DNA from: Carcharhinus longimanus | Lineage: Eukaryota | Reading direction: 5' to 3' | Length of the DNA stretch: 64,000 bases | Assembly: GCA_030264375.1 (NCBI GenBank) | Contig: JASCQW010000043.1 | Span: 125,606,407-125,670,406, forward strand | Shown here: piece after piece, positions 61,791-64,000 of the stretch | How the letters are laid out: each line of letters starts with the position of its first letter | Position numbering within the stretch: position 1 is the first letter of the stretch | Notes under the pieces: generated by a model | Seen by the model: only the letters and a program-made list of their open reading frames with translations | The model's database searches: none | Told to the model about the DNA's origin: nothing | Translations under genes and position numbers: made by a program

Positions 61791-62149
61791 GGAGCTGCGA
61801 ATTTTGGCACGGATGGAGTTTGAGATTAACATTTGAATAAAACGATAACTGCAGCCATTGCTCACAATTAACCTGCAGACACAACCTTTCCCCAATCTGG
61901 TGATCCTCTGGAATCAGGTCATTGTAATTAAGTCGAGGCTGGGCAGCATGTGGAACTTTGCAGAAATGTTCTCCCTTTTGCACTCTGTCCCAACATTCCC
62001 CCGGGTGAGACTAACAACCTGAGGAGAGTGGGGACGCCCCTCGAGCCTTGTACCTCAGGCCAGAAGCCCACAGTTGTTTTACTGACAGTCTCAACCACAG
62101 GGGATCAAGTGTTTTGTAAGCCATTAGGGAGCAATGAGAAACAAGTTGG

Positions 62150-62380
62150 AGATGACCACCATCTTTTTTTATACCCAAGTGGTTATGAGCTAGAAAGCAC
62201 GGACTTAAAGAGAGGTGGAAGCAGATTCAGTCGTAACCTGCAAAAGGAAATCAGATAAATATTTGGAGGAGAGAATTTGCAAGGCCATTGGGAAAGAGCA
62301 GGGGGAGAGGGATTCTTTCAAAAAGCGAGCACAGGCACAATGGGCCGAATCGTCCCCCCAAGTGCTGTAAGATTCCATTA
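62150..62380 (+). mobile_element. Decayed CR1 3' end
   Basis: ggtggaagcagattcag...gagcacaggcacaatgggccgaat. Confidence 0.65.
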
Positions 62381-62708
62381 GCCCACAAATGATGGGAAGC
62401 TATGATAAAGTCTAAAACAAGCAGCGTACAGTAGCTTCACCAGTTTCTGAGAGTGAGGTAGGTTAACTTGAAGACTAAGTGTTATCATGCATTTCCCTGC
62501 TCACAAACTCAACTTCTGATTTCCAATCCCAGCACTTTTGGTTTTGCCATCAGTTAAGTTGCTAAGCTGTTGCTTCTGAGACACACCAAATGGACAAGAA
62601 TCCCTTCTATTTAACCTGTGCTGCTACTCAAACCTTTCAAATCTGGAAAATTCATAATTGAAGACTCATGCTCTAATTGTGAGACTTCCATGCCCCTGAG
62701 GGAGTCCC

Positions 62709-62914
62709 CATGTGTGTGCATGTGTGTGTGTGTCCATGCGTGCACATGCATGTGTGTGTGCATGTCCATGCGTGCACGTGTGTCCATGCACGTGTGCGCA
62801 CACGTGTCCATGTGCGCATGTGTGTTGGTGTCTCCAAGTGCGCACGTATGTCCATGTGTGTGCACGGCCATGCACACGTGCATGTGTATGTGTCTATGCG
62901 AGTACATGTGTGTG
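62709..62914. repeat. Alternating purine-pyrimidine repeat punctuated by tgtccatg
   Basis: Recurrent tgtgtccatg(c/t)gtgc units. Confidence 0.85.
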
Positions 62915-63859
62915 AGCTTTCACTGCTAAACAACAGGGAGACGAAGATCAGTTTTTGATCAAGAAACAATCCAGCTTTTTACACTTTCTCCCCATTTTTA
63001 GCCTTTCAATTATTAGAGTTTTGAATTATCAATAGTCGATCGCAGTGGTACATGGTTGGCAGTCACTCTGGCACTGCCAGTGTGTTAGTTAGTCTGAATT
63101 CTGACCCTCTTCGCCTTGTTCTCGCTCCCAGCAGTGACTAACCCACATCACAAAACATCCCAAAACAATAGCAACTTCCACTCAGAGACCAGCTGAGCAA
63201 GTCGGGAACGGCAATACCATCCGAGCGAATGGAAGGAAAACTCTCACGTGGATTAGGGTGGGATTAGCAACTAGTGACAGTACGACCACCTCTATGTGTG
63301 AAATCGAGGAACATTCTGGAGCAATGATTGTAGAGAGAGTATAATAAGCAAGATGTCGTGATTTCATTCTTGCAATGTAGTCACTGTAGTCTTGGTGCAA
63401 TGTGAATTGGGATTGTAATCCAGGAGTTAGCGACAATGCTAATCACCTCCCTTGACTTGGCAGCAGACTCAAAGACCCAGTTTTGGTGAACCTATAGGTT
63501 AGGTGTTAATCTTGGGTACTTACGGGAGGACTCAGTCTCTGAAAGGCTGATACAGAACAGTGGAAAAGTGTTGGGAGATCAAGATTCACAAAATGTAAAA
63601 TGTTTCATAAAGGCTCCCAGACAATAAATCATACAGATTTCAGTTTGCAATCTGACTGCTTTCTGAGTTCAGTTGAATACTTTGAGTTTAGTTGAATATA
63701 TATTATTAAATGCTCTGAAGCCATGAAAAGATGCTTCAGAAATTCAGAGTTTGAATGACTGCAGGCTCCAATTAGACTTTGTGGCTCCTCCTGAACAAAC
63801 ATGTTAAAAGACGTACATTTCTAATATTGTCATTCATTCTGTCAACAGTCCAAAAGTTT

Positions 63860-64000
63860 AACAAATTAAAGTACTTTTGAAGTGTTGCCACCATTGTGAT
63901 GTACAAACCGCAGCAGCCAATGATCGCACAGCAAGCTCCCACAAACAACAGTGGGATAACAATCCAGATAATCTGCTTTTTAGTGATGGTGGCTTCAGAA
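63860..64000 (-). mobile_element. DeuSINE 3' part, cut by the window edge
   Basis: agtactttttgaagtg...gcagccaatgatcgcacagcaagctcccacaaacaac...ccagataatctg. Confidence 0.7.

Noticed and set aside
62611-62969. His/Thr- and Cys/Val-rich ORFs
   Set aside because: They are translations of a TG/CA low-complexity repeat.

Overview
This is eukaryotic DNA, not prokaryotic. It is a repeat-rich, mostly intronic window, most likely from a shark (elasmobranch), judging by its repeat repertoire: HE1/V-SINE-type, DeuSINE (SacSINE1-type) and Meta-type tRNA-derived SINEs, many CR1-type LINE fragments, L2 and Rex1-like tails, and Penelope-type inverted-repeat elements. It has several N gaps, three of them exactly 100 N. 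The only coding sequence I can recognise is two consecutive minus-strand exons of TMEM67 (meckelin), at 41448-41513 and 37551-37707. They splice in frame, but I could not find the flanking TMEM67 exons anywhere else in the window. A series of minus-strand promoter-like segments and short ATG-to-donor exon candidates suggests another, unidentified multi-promoter gene spanning the window; this is low-confidence inference. The most unusual signal is a set of minimal hammerhead-ribozyme motifs in the Penelope-type elements. One is apparently intact with a U3-A8 core, lying 1.5 kb from a related C3-G8 copy, and another is split by a CR1 insertion. Repeat family names and protein matches are from recalled consensus sequences, not database searches, and repeat boundaries are approximate.
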